Below, one piece after another: positions 1 through 10,361 of a DNA stretch of 64,000 nt. The notes under the pieces were generated by a model, which did not search any database, had not been told where the DNA came from, and worked only from the letters and a program-made list of their open reading frames with translations. A program made the position numbers and the translations under genes. Each line of letters starts with the position of its first letter. The stretch's first letter is position 1. This DNA comes from an uncultured delta proteobacterium (GTDB lineage Bacteria > Desulfobacterota > Desulfobacteria > Desulfobacterales > Desulfatirhabdiaceae). Where the stretch lies: assembly GCA_963789395.1 (NCBI GenBank), contig CAWBKP010000014.1:192001-256000 (forward strand), read 5' to 3'.

Positions 1-870
1 GCTGAAGCCGGAGCCGAGGATATTTTCACCTAAAAGCCCATATTCCTCGGCCTTCTCAAGGGCATGATAAATATTATCCTTTAATTGCGGAGAATCATGA
101 CGGGTATAGATAAAACCGCGACGGGCGCCGATCGCATAGGCGCCGATGATCAGACCTTCCAGCACGATATGCGGATTTCCCGTAAAGATGGCCCGGTCCA
201 TGTATGCCCCGGGCTCTCCCTCATGACCATTGACGATCACATACTTTTCTTCCGCGTGCGCATTCCGGGTCGTCTCCCACTTCAAACCGGCGGGAAACCC
301 GCCGCCGCCCCGGCCGCGCAAGTTGGCTTTCTTGATCTCATCCAGGACTTTTTCAGGGGTCAATTCAAAAAGGGCTTTGGACAGGGCCGAATATCCCCCC
401 ATTCCCAGATAGTCATCGATGCGCCTGGGATCGATTTTGGTGTTATCACCGATAAGATGGCGCATCTGTTTCTTGTAAAAAGGAATTTCAGACAGATGCG
501 CTGTTTTTTCACCGGTATGTGGGTCCGTGTAAATGAGCCGGTCAATCACTTTCTTTCCAAGCACGGTCTGAGAGACGATTTCAGGAACGTCCTTGGGCGT
601 TACTTTGATATAATAAATCTCTTCCGGATAGATAACGACATTGGGCCCTTGTTCACAAAACCCATGGCAACCGGTTACGCGAAAATCGACCATGGCATCC
701 AAAGCGTGTTTCTTGATTTCTGCTTCAAAGGCGCGGATAACCCTATCGTTACCGAGCCCGAGGCAGCCGGTTCCCGCGCATATCGCGATACAGGGTTTAT
801 CGGGATTTCTTTTTGACAGGATATCCTTCCTGAGTTCTTCCAATTCAGCAGCTGAATTTATCCTTGGCAT
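1..870 (-). CDS. bamH: NuoF/HydB-like NADH-binding flavoprotein subunit (BamH-like), 3' end outside window
   Basis: Manual minus-strand translation from ATG 870: MPRINSAAELEELRK...CAGTGC...TGCHGFCEQGP...LRGRGGGGFPAGLKW...NGHEGEPGAYMDR (NuoF motifs). Absent from the ORF track because it runs off the edge. Confidence 0.85.
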   Translation of the reverse strand, partial: MPRINSAAELEELRKDILSKRNPDKPCIAICAGTGCLGLGNDRVIRAFEAEIKKHALDAMVDFRVTGCHGFCEQGPNVVIYPEEIYYIKVTPKDVPEIVSQTVLGKKVIDRLIYTDPHTGEKTAHLSEIPFYKKQMRHLIGDNTKIDPRRIDDYLGMGGYSALSKALFELTPEKVLDEIKKANLRGRGGGGFPAGLKWETTRNAHAEEKYVIVNGHEGEPGAYMDRAIFTGNPHIVLEGLIIGAYAIGARRGFIYTRHDSPQLKDNIYHALEKAEEYGLLGENILGSGFS

Positions 871-907
871 GATCTTTCCTTAATCCTGAAACCTGTCAAA
901 ACATCCT

Positions 908-1360
908 TTATGCATTGATTTTCAATGCATCTTTCACCTCGGCGGGCGTCAGCCTGCCGTGATGCGTCCCATCGACAATGATCTCCGGCCCCAGGGTGCA
1001 GCAGCCGAGGCAATTGCCGCCTCCCAGGCTGAATGTTGAATTGGCGTCCGTTTCTCCGGGCCTGATTCCGATCAGGTCCTGAAGCGTTGCAAGCAGATGC
1101 GACGACCCTCGCATATGGCAGGATGTGCCCGTGCATACATGAACCTCATGACGTCCCCTGGGCGTCAGACTGAAGGTTTTATAGAAGGTGGCGATTTGCA
1201 TCACCCGGCTTAAGGGCACCTGCAGCTTCTCGCTGACCTTGTCCAGAATATCCTTGGGAAGCCAATGATATTGGCTTTGAATCTCCATCAACACATGAAT
1301 CAGCGAACCGGGCTTGCCCTGATGTTCCGTGATCAGCGCATCGATTTTATCGTTGTTCAT
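908..1360 (-). CDS. bamG: NuoE-like 2Fe-2S subunit (BamG-like)
   Basis: ATFYKTFSL, CTGTSC, CLGCC motifs; likely start MNNDKID at 1360. Confidence 0.85.
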   Translation of the reverse strand: MNNDKIDALITEHQGKPGSLIHVLMEIQSQYHWLPKDILDKVSEKLQVPLSRVMQIATFYKTFSLTPRGRHEVHVCTGTSCHMRGSSHLLATLQDLIGIRPGETDANSTFSLGGGNCLGCCTLGPEIIVDGTHHGRLTPAEVKDALKINA

Positions 1361-2174
1361 GGCCGCTGTCCGAACAGGCGCATTTGCCTGCTCCCTCGTT
1401 TTCATTACAGGCGGCCGCAATGAGGTTTTTGCTTTCATCGTACCGTCCCAGGCCCTGCCTTGCCGATGCATTGAGGTGTCTTGAAACCTCGGACGGGCTG
1501 ATGCCTAAGATCCTTGGAGAGCTCTCCCGTGGAACGGGGTTTTTCCCGCAGAAGCGCCATCATCCGGCTTATTTCCAATTTATCCGCGATCAAGTCCTTG
1601 AAAAGCCGATCGAACGCATCCCCGTTGAAAAATTCGTTAACCGCCTCGACCGATTTAACCGGTATTCGCAGTCTTTCCCGCTCCACCAGTTTAATGTAGG
1701 GAACGAGATTTTGAACCGCTTCAAGTTTTTGCTTCAGCGCATCCGGATCAATCCCCTCGCCTTCGCCAAGCGGCCCAATTCCCTAACCTTCTTCGAAAAG
1801 TCATTCATGATCTCGGCAAAACGGCTTCCTTCGGAGGCGGATACCCATTCAAGCCTAACCCTTTCGGGACTGACCCCGATGAGTTCCAGTAACTTTCTGC
1901 AAAGGTGCATCGTACTCAATGCCAGATAATTTCCCTCGGTGATATAATGGCATTCGCCGGGCCAGCAACCGCCGATAATCACGCCGTCTCTTCCATTTAA
2001 AAACGCCCGGAATATAAATGACAAATCGACCCTGCCCGTGCACATGACACGAACAATCTTGATATCAGTGGTATATTGTTGTCTGGAAACTCCAGCCAGG
2101 TCCGCAGCGGAGTATCCTCACCAGTTGCACAAAAAACCCAAGAGCTTGGGTTTAAACTCAAGTCCTGTAGCCAT
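1347..2174 (-). CDS. bamF: MvhD/FlpD-like Fe-S subunit with selenocysteine (BamF-like) and C-terminal HTH-like extension; two apparent frameshifts (~1765, ~1512)
   Basis: ATG 2174 reads MATGLEFKPKLLGFLCNW-TGA(2118-2120)-GYSAADLAG...RVMCTGRVD...GGCWPGECHY, matching the MvhD CNWC motif with U in place of C. Confidence 0.85.
2085..2117 (-). promoter_or_regulatory. Candidate SECIS hairpin for bamF
   Basis: Directly 3' of the TGA, GGATACTCC...GGAGTTTCC forms a stem enclosing GCTG-CGGACC-TGGC. Confidence 0.6.
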
Positions 2175-2286
2175 TCTTATCTCACTCCCAAGGCAGCAAT
2201 CACTGCGATGTTCATTGGTGGAATTCCATCAGGTCGGCACCGCCGAAAGGGCCGGAACCGCCGCGTCAATTCAGTCAAAGACCTCT

Positions 2287-5200
2287 TTAAGCTGCGTCAA
2301 TCTGGCGAAGGATCTCTTCATCGGTAAAATGCTTCAGGGAGATTGCCCCGGTCGGGCACCTGGTGTTGCAGAGACCGTCCCCCTTGCAGAGGATGGGATT
2401 GACACTGGCCTTTTTGCCTTTCGGGGTATCGTGAAAATCGATGGCGCCATAATTGCAGACCGAAATACATGCCCCGCACGATCGCAGGCATGCTCATTCA
2501 CCTCGCAAACGGCGCCGGAGGCAATGACGGAATCCTTCGTGAGAATGGTCAACGCCCGGCCGGCGGCTCCGTAAGCCTGGCTGATCGCTTCCGGGATGTG
2601 CTTGGGATAGTGTGCGATGCCGCAGAGAAAAACGCCATCAGCGGCAAAGTCGACGGGCCGCAATTTCACATGGGCTTCCTGGAAAAAACCGTCGGGATTC
2701 ATGGCGACCTTGAACAGTTTTGCCATGTCCATGCTGCCCGCCGAGGGAACAACAGCGGCGGATAGAACGAGGAAATCGGCGTCCAATTCAAGCCGCTGGC
2801 ATAGAATGGGATCGGGAACGGTTACCCGCAACACGGGCTTGCCTTCCGCTTCAACCGCTTCGACCTCCGGCTTATCCGCCGGTTCCCAGCGGATAAACCG
2901 CACGCCCTTTTCCGCCGCCTCGCGATAAAAATCCTCCCTGTACCCATAGGTCCGCATATCCCGGAAGAGAACGTAGACATCCATCCGGGGATTTATCTCT
3001 TTGAGTTTCAAGGCATTTTTCACGGCATGGCTGCAGCATATCCGGGCGCAGTAATTTCGGTCCGGCTGCCTGCACCCGACGCATTGGATCATCACCAGGC
3101 TTTCGGCGCTCATCAGCCGTTCATCCGCCCGGGCGATTCGCTCCTCCAGCTCCAACTGGGTCAGACACCCGTTCATCCTTCCCATAAAGGAATTCGTCGG
3201 GTTTATATTCCTCGGCGCCCGTTGCAAGAATGGCCGTCCCATGTTTGATTCGATCGACGCGCCCCTCGTATTTCACCGTCGTGATGAAATTTCCCACATA
3301 TCCGGATACATCCGTGATGGTGGCATCGATGCGTGACACTGGATTAAGGGGTGCCGGTAGACTTTGTGGATCATGTCGTTCAAAAAGGTTTGAACGTCCA
3401 TTCCTTCCAGGGTGTAATGAATCCTTCTGGCCATGCCGCCCAGGTTCCCGTTCTTTTCCACCAGGAAGACCTCAAATCCCTGGTCGGCCAGACTCAGCGC
3501 ACTGGTCATACCGGCAATGCCGCCGCCGACCACCAGGGTCGCTCTTGTTGACCGGCAGCTTGAATTCCTGAAGCGGTTCCAGAAGGGCGGCTCTTGAAAT
3601 CGCCATGCGGACGATTTCCTTTGCCTTCTGTGTCGCCTTGTCCTTTTCCTTGGAGTGAACCCAGGAGCAATGCTCCCTGATGTTGGCCATTTCATAGAAG
3701 TATTGATTGATTCCTCCCTCACGGCAGGTGTCCCTGAAAAGCGGCTCGTGCGTCCGGGGAGTACATGCGGCGACAACCACGCGGTTGAGCCCCTTGTCCC
3801 GTATCGTATTGGCGATCTGCTGGGCATTATCCGTTGAGCAGGCAAAGAGGCTTTCCTGAGAATGCACCACATTGCCCAGCGTGGATGCATATTCAACCAC
3901 CGATGGAACATCCACCACCCTTCCGATGTTGGCGCCGCAATGACACACAAACACACCCACCTTGGGTTCCTCTTTCGAGACATCCCTTTCCGGCGGATAG
4001 ATTCTTTCCCTGGCCAGGTCTCCGCGCCGGTAGGATAGAAGCTGTCCGCAAAGGGATTCGGCCCCGCTGGCACCCGTTACCGATTCTGGGATATCCACGG
4101 GTCCCTGAAAAGCGCCGCTTACAAATATCCCCGGACGGGTGGTTTCGATGGGATTCAGGGGGTTGACCTTACAGAATCCGTGGGAATTGAGCTCGATGCC
4201 GAACTTATCGGCCAAATCCGTCACATCGGCAGGAGGCGTCAAACCGACCGACAGCACAACCAGATCGAATTCTTCCTCTTTTACGCCATCGGCAGCAGTG
4301 GCATATCGTATGGTTACATTATGGGTTTCCGGCATCTCCCTTCCGACCGATACATAGCTTCTGATGAACCGGACGCCGGAAAGGTTTTCCGCCCGCTGGT
4401 AAAATCGCTCAAAATCCTTGCCGAATGCCCGAATATCGTTATGAAACACGGTCGCGTCCAGATCCGCGTCGTGATCTTTGGCAAGAATCACCTGCTTCTG
4501 GGTGTATGCGCAGCATACGGCGGAGCAATAGCTGTTGCCTCCCGCGATCACCTGTCTCGAACCGACGCATTGAATCCACGCGATCCGGTGCGGATGCTTC
4601 CTGTCGGAAGGACGCAGCACCTCTCCTTCGAAAGGCCCCGTGGAACACAACAGCCGCTCAAAATCCAGGCCGGTTACCACGTTCGGCATGATGCCATAGC
4701 CGTAATCGTTCCTGAGCCTGGGGTCAAATACCTCATAACCCGGCGCCATGATAATCGCGCCGACTTCCACCTGCAGGAACTCTTCCTTTTGATTCAGATC
4801 GATGGCCTCATTTTTACAGACGCCCATGCAAATGGTGCATTTCTCATCCTGAAGGTACAGACAGGTTTCCGGGTCCACGTACGTGATAAGGGGAACGGCC
4901 TGAGAAAAGTAGATATGGATCGCTTTATTGAGTGACAACCCCTGATTGTATGTATCGGGAACCTTGACCGGACAGAATTCAACACAGGTGGTACACCCCG
5001 TGCACCTTTCCTCGATGATATATCTGGGTTTTTTGATCAGCGTGACCTTGAAGTCTCCTGCCTTTCCCTTGACGCTTTCAACCTCTGTATAGGTCAGAAT
5101 CTCGATGTTGGGGTGCCGGCTGCATTCAATGAACTTGGGGGATTCAATGCACATGGAGCAGTCATTGGTGGGAAAGGTCTTATCGAGCTGGGACATCTTG

Positions 5201-5367
5201 CCGCCAATGGCCGGGGATTTATCGACCAGAAAAACCCTGAAACCCGTATTGGCAAGATCAAGGGCGGCCTGAATGCCGCTGATCCCGCCACCGACAACCA
5301 TAACGTCTATCAGATTATTATCCTCGGGACTGTCAACCGGCAGCCCTTCGACTGGTTCGTTTTCCAA
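2287..5367 (-). CDS. bamE: HdrA-like flavoprotein with two FAD modules (BamE-like), broken by several frameshifts
   Basis: VVGGGISG, GGKMSQLDKTFPTNDCSMC, IQCVGSR, YCSAVCC; second module VVGGGIAG...IQCVGCR...FFQEAHVKLRPVDF is spread over ORFs 3472-5367, 3273-4073, 3121-3339 and 2334-3242; ends ...EEILRQIDAA* at 2287. Confidence 0.85.
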
Positions 5368-5400
5368 TATTCTTTGTCCTTTTCAGGTTTCAACGGTTCC

Positions 5401-6565
5401 CTAAATCATTTCCTGGATAAGTTCCGTGATGTCCTTAACCTCCAAAACACCCTCGTACCCCAGGTTCAACCTGCTTTCCTCAAAATTGGTGATGCAATAC
5501 GGGCAGGAGGTAGCCAGCACCTCCGCCCCGATCTCCCTGGCTTGCTGCAGTCTGAGGTCCGAGAATCTTTCATTCATTGGCGTGTCCATCCAGATCCGGC
5601 CGCCTCCCCCGCCGCAGCAGAGACTGTCTTTGCCCGAATCGCTCATCTCAAGGAGTTCCAGGCCGGGTATTTTCTTCAAGACCTGCCGGGGCTCATCATA
5701 GATGCCGTTATGCCGGCCAAGATAACAGGGGTCATGATATGTCACTTTCCTGCCATACTCTCCGGTGAATTTGAGCCTTCCCGCATAGACAAGCTCGGAC
5801 AGATACTGGGAGATATGAACGACCTCAAAGTTTACCTTGAATTCGGAATATTCGTTTTTAAAGGTGTGGTAGCAGTGCGGGGAGGAAACAAGGATTTTTT
5901 TCACGCCATTTTCAATAAATGTTTTGATGTTTTCCCTGGCCAGGCGTTTGAATACATCCTCGCTGCCCGTCTTTCGGATGCTTTCTCCGCAGCAGTTCTC
6001 CTTGGTGCCCAATATCCCGAAATCCACTCCTGCCCTGTTAAGGATATGGGCTGTGGCAGCGGCGACTTTTTTCAGTCTTGGGTCAAAGCTGAGGTAGCAC
6101 CCGACAAAATATAGCACTTCCATTCCCTCGGTGAACGGTTTTACGGGCAGGCCTGTTGCCCAATCCGCCCGTTTTTTCCGCTCAAACTGCAGGGGGTTGC
6201 CTTCGGAAATGAGGCTGGCCCGTGCAGTGCGGGCCGGACGGACGGATGCGGGGAAAACATCATAATTTGAAGCAACCCGGCGCAAGGGATATCCCCACCT
6301 CTATCTGTTTTACCCCCCTTGGGCAGTTCTGAGGACAGTTCCCGCAGGTCGTGCAACGCCATATGTCTTCACCGTCTATTTCGGTCAGACCGAAGGTCGC
6401 CTCTCGGATGATCCTGCGGATGCTGAAGGGTCTCACCCTGTTCCAGGGGCAAACCGTGTCGCATTTTCCGCATTGAAAGCAATACCTGAAGGCGTCTCCA
6501 CCGGCCTCGATGACTTCGGCGATTACCTCTTTGAAGGGGGCTATGGTCTCCACGGTCTGTATCAA
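5401..6565 (-). CDS. bamD: HdrC/HdrD-like Fe-S, CCG-domain protein (BamD-like); frameshift near 6290
   Basis: CFQCGKCDTVCP and CTTCGNCPQNCP ferredoxin motifs, then ENCCG, YHDPCYLGR, CCGGGGG, TSCPYC. Confidence 0.85.
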
Positions 6566-6589
6566 TCCTCTTCTTTCACCTGAAATGTG

Positions 6590-7149
6590 TCAGCGCCTGG
6601 ACAATCGGGAAAAGGTGTCCATTACCTTTTTCAAGCCATGTTGTTTTACCAGTGACTCGTATGCCATCTTCAGCTCCACCCGTTTCTCTGCTTCCGTTGT
6701 GCCTTCTTCTTGCACTTCCTCCACCCTCTCTTCGTAAGTCAGGGCATTGAATTTGCAGGCCTGAACGCACATTGGCTGTGGCCAGCGGTGGCACATCTTC
6801 ACACATATCACATTTTAGCGGAAGACCGGAGTCGGGTTCCTTGAAATAATCCCTGGATGGGCAGGATGCCGGGCAAAATGCACACTCTGAGTATTCTTTC
6901 CCATGAATAACATACAGGTTTCTGCCGTTACATTCGGCTTGCGTATAGTCACCGGCACGGATCGGAATATAGATGTCTTTGAGCTTCATCCATAAACACC
7001 CTGATCCGGGCTTTGGCCGGATTCAGGCTGCTGTATTTCGGCACAGCGTGAAATGCGGAGCAGGCCATCTCGCATGACCGGCAACCCGTGCATTTATCAA
7101 TATCGACTTTTATCTCTTTTACGATTTTCTTTTTTAACCCGCCCTTCAC
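6590..7149 (-). CDS. bamC: 4Fe-4S subunit (BamC-like); frameshifts near 6985 and 6790
   Basis: CTGCRSCEMACSAFH; ECAFCPASCPSR...PLKCDMC; MCVQACKFNAL, in three successive frames. Confidence 0.8.
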
Positions 7150-9127
7150 GGTTATCCCCCCTTCGCGTTATTTCTTCTCTGTTGCCGCCGAAGTATCCTT
7201 GTCGGATAATATTTTCATTTTCCGTCAGAATCCCCCGCTTCAGGAAGTCGTCGCTCACAAAGCCCAGGCCGAGTTTGTCCAATGTCTCTTTGGTGGGGAT
7301 TCCCTCTTTATTCCATCCCTTGAACGCATAATAGTCGTCAAGCAGCTTCTGCTCCATTTCTTCGTTTCGTACCGCCCAGTGGTCCTCTGGAGGCCGCTCA
7401 TCTTTTCTTCTCAAGCCCCTTCTGGTATTGATGGCCCGGACCAGTGTCCGGTTTCTCTGAAAAACCTGCCACAGTTTGTCCTTGTCCATCTCGATGCCGG
7501 TGGCAAGTGCAATGAGTTCCGGAATATTATGGATGTTATAGGCGACATCTCCGCCAAACTGCCCTCTGAATGAGGATACGAATCCGCACAGTCCGGTGGC
7601 GTCATCGATATAGTGCATGGCTTCATTCCAATCGACAATGTCGCAGAACGCCTGACTGGACATGACATCGCGTTTTTCCCAGTTCAGAAAATATTCCTTG
7701 AATTTATTGTCCGGCGGGGAGGTCCAGTTTTTGACAAAGGCTTCTCTCTCCGCCATGGTGGGAAGGGGATCCTGGGGGAAGGAACCTTCAATCTGGGTGA
7801 TACTCATCTTCTCACCCGTGGCGATCATCAGAAAATAGGCCAGGTTGACCTTTCCCAGCTTGATAGGCAGCTGTTCGAATTTCTTGGTGGTATTATGATC
7901 GTATTTTTCCGCGCCTTTCCCAATCCGGCGGGCTGCCCAATAGACGCCATCGGCTAAAATATCGCCGATTCCTTCCCGGCGGACAATTTTTTCCAGCAGG
8001 TAGAAAAATCTGTCTCCACTGTCGGCCGGCAGGCCCGGCATGTCCTGATCCGTTAAAATTCCGGCTTCGTATAGCTCCAGGGCAAAGGCCATAACTTGCG
8101 GCGTTGAGTAGGAGTCCAGCCCGTACTCCTGGGCAATACCCAGTATGTCATAGGAAAAGTCCAGTTCCTTAAAGGCCGCCATATGATAGGTGTCTTTTCC
8201 GTAACATTTGTAACCGAACCGCTTCTTTCCCGGCCAGTTGATCACATTGCGGCAATTCTTCGGGCAGTTATAGCAGCTCGTTTGCCTGTCCATGTGATCA
8301 TATTTCAACTTCCGCCATCTCTCTTCGAGTTCTTTGCTCCAGAAATTTTTTCTCCGCGTACGCGCATTTCCCCAGGCAAAATGATTGTGGTGGAAACTGT
8401 CATCTTCATCATAGGCCATCCAGTCCCCGCATCCATCACTTTCAGCAATCTGCTTGTGCAGATTGAGGCATTTCTCAAATAGCTCAGCCGGCCCGGCGAT
8501 ATGGATGTCTTTTGTTCCGCGAACAGCAATTGCCTTTAATCGTTTGTCTCCCATGATCACGCCCACCCCGCGAGCCGCGCTGGAGTGACCGTGATCGATG
8601 GAAGCCGTATAGACCCTGTTTTCGCCGGCAAGGCCGATAGCCGCCACCTGGACCTTGTCGTCCTTCAACTCTTTTTTCAGCAGATCCCCGGTTTCCGTAC
8701 AGCCTTTTCCCCGGAGATGAGTGGCATCCCGTATTTCCACTTTGTCATTGTTGATATACAGATAAACCAGATCGTCGGCCTTGCCGCGAATGACGATTTG
8801 ATCATAACCGGCATGTTTCATTTCCGGCCCGAAAAATCCCCCCATTAAAGAGTGGGACATTAAATTTGTCTGGGGAGAAAACGTATTCACTGCAACGCGA
8901 TTGGCGCCGGGAACGGGAGTGGCATTTAAAAGACCGGCGGTGAATATCAGCAGATTGTCGGGAGAAAACGGCTCAACCTCGGGAGGAACCCTGTCAAATA
9001 GTATTTTGGCGGCAGTACCCTGTCCCCCCAGATAAAGCTCGGTTAATCTCGGGTCAGTTTCGACCTTCTCGATGCTTCCCCGGGATAGATCAATTTCTAA
9101 ATTTACCCCTGTCTCTCCGTACCTCAT
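7097..9127 (-). CDS. bamB: W-pterin AOR-family enzyme, BamB-like (class II benzoyl-CoA reductase catalytic subunit paralog)
   Basis: MRYGETG..EIDL, DRVPPEVEPFSP, WGNARTRRK, SCYNCPKNC, YKCY, ITQIEG, GWNKEGIPT; followed by a bamCDEFGH-like gene order. Confidence 0.85.
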   Translation of the reverse strand: MRYGETGVNLEIDLSRGSIEKVETDPRLTELYLGGQGTAAKILFDRVPPEVEPFSPDNLLIFTAGLLNATPVPGANRVAVNTFSPQTNLMSHSLMGGFFGPEMKHAGYDQIVIRGKADDLVYLYINNDKVEIRDATHLRGKGCTETGDLLKKELKDDKVQVAAIGLAGENRVYTASIDHGHSSAARGVGVIMGDKRLKAIAVRGTKDIHIAGPAELFEKCLNLHKQIAESDGCGDWMAYDEDDSFHHNHFAWGNARTRRKNFWSKELEERWRKLKYDHMDRQTSCYNCPKNCRNVINWPGKKRFGYKCYGKDTYHMAAFKELDFSYDILGIAQEYGLDSYSTPQVMAFALELYEAGILTDQDMPGLPADSGDRFFYLLEKIVRREGIGDILADGVYWAARRIGKGAEKYDHNTTKKFEQLPIKLGKVNLAYFLMIATGEKMSITQIEGSFPQDPLPTMAEREAFVKNWTSPPDNKFKEYFLNWEKRDVMSSQAFCDIVDWNEAMHYIDDATGLCGFVSSFRGQFGGDVAYNIHNIPELIALATGIEMDKDKLWQVFQRNRTLVRAINTRRGLRRKDERPPEDHWAVRNEEMEQKLLDDYYAFKGWNKEGIPTKETLDKLGLGFVSDDFLKRGILTENENIIRQGYFGGNREEITRRGDNREGRVKKENRKRDKSRY

Positions 9128-9348
9128 TATTAACCCCTTCTATATTTGTAACCATTAAATATTGAAACAAACAATCTTTTTTCCGCCAAATCGTAATACC
9201 CGATGACAAATTACTTTCCTTTTCGAAATCAGACAAGACGATTATCGCCGATTGTCTTACCAAAACCCGAGGGTCGCCTTTCTAATTTCGCGTCTCATTC
9301 ATTCGGTTGAAGGGCCCTGAAATCATGGAAAAGCGATGATTGATCTCC

Positions 9349-10077
9349 TTAACAATGTTTAAAAGGAATTGGGCAATTCGCTACCGTGACATCTTCCCGA
9401 AATTCTTGTTTGAGCCCTACGGCCCATATGGCTGCCTGTAAATCCTCCCGGCGCGTTTTAAGCGGAACGGCCAGGGCGATAAGCCCTTCGATGTATTCTT
9501 CCCTGTCATAGGCAATGCCGGTTTTCTTGACACTCAGAATCTCTTTTTTATAGGCTGCTTTGTCAATGATGGTCATGGGTGTGTATCGCTTGGGGGTATT
9601 CTGTGACAGGATCTCATCAATATCTGATTCAGACAGCTGCGAAAGAAGGGCTTTTCCGGCAACACCGGCAAAAATCGGTATTCTCATGCCGATTTCAGAT
9701 GATATTTTGATCCTGTGCGCCCGATCCGCTTTGTCGACGATAATGACTTTCTGGTCTGAAAGAATCCCAAAAAAAGTGGACAACTTAAATTCATTGTTGA
9801 TGGATTCGAGATAAGGATGCACCGTCTGGATCAGCTCAGATCCCTCGGCAGCGGCTCTGCCCAGGATAAACAGGCGAGACCCCAGCCTGTATGTCCCATC
9901 CGGCCCTTTTTCGAGTATATCAAGATCATTCATCGTATGCAGAATGTTGAATACCGTACTTTTATTCAGGTCCAGATTCCGGACGATTTCATTGAATCCA
10001 AAGGGACGGTTCGATTCGGCCATCAACGCCAAAATCGAAAAACATTTTTCAATTGCGGGCACTTTTTTATAGTTCAA
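9349..10077 (-). CDS. IclR-family transcriptional regulator (possible frameshift near the C-terminus)
   Basis: VPAIEKCFSIL...LNKSTVFNILHTM HTH; GKALLS; YDREEYIEG. Confidence 0.9.
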   Translation of the reverse strand: MNYKKVPAIEKCFSILALMAESNRPFGFNEIVRNLDLNKSTVFNILHTMNDLDILEKGPDGTYRLGSRLFILGRAAAEGSELIQTVHPYLESINNEFKLSTFFGILSDQKVIIVDKADRAHRIKISSEIGMRIPIFAGVAGKALLSQLSESDIDEILSQNTPKRYTPMTIIDKAAYKKEILSVKKTGIAYDREEYIEGLIALAVPLKTRREDLQAAIWAVGLKQEFREDVTVANCPIPFKHC

Positions 10078-10146
10078 TGTCGTGTCGCTCCAGAGGATAT
10101 CATCGTCCCATGCCTTCAGCTCAAACCAGAAAAAATGGATCACCAA

Positions 10147-10186
10147 TTGGTCTATATAGAGACCAATTGGTTTCCATATAGACCAA
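10147..10186. promoter_or_regulatory. Two abutting 20-bp palindromic operator-like sites overlapping a putative iclR promoter
   Basis: TTGGTCTATATAGAGACCAA followed by TTGGTTTCCATATAGACCAA; minus-strand TTGACA at 10199-10204 places the -10 inside the second site. Confidence 0.65.
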
Positions 10187-10301
10187 TCCTTATTATTTTG
10201 TCAAGCACAAAAAATGGTTCGAATCAAAATAAAAAGAGGGGTCAACCTTTGCTGATTCCTCTAAGAGAAATTAACAAGATTGATGAATATGAATCAATAA
10301 T

Positions 10302-10356
10302 AAAACGAACAAAGGTTCATTTTTAATTGACATTATTTCTTCTTGTGAGTATTTGA
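10302..10356 (+). promoter_or_regulatory. Putative sigma70 promoter with an upstream palindrome (possible TetR site)
   Basis: TTGACA-17bp-TATTTG at 10328-10356; AAAACGAAC-AAAG-GTTCATTTT immediately upstream. Confidence 0.4.
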
Positions 10357-10361
10357 AGATA

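Noticed and set aside
85..816. 243-aa plus-strand ORF and the many other long antisense ORFs (e.g. 22201-23418, 36467-37852, 48599-50074)
   Set aside because: Shadow frames of well-supported genes on the opposite strand; no motifs of their own.
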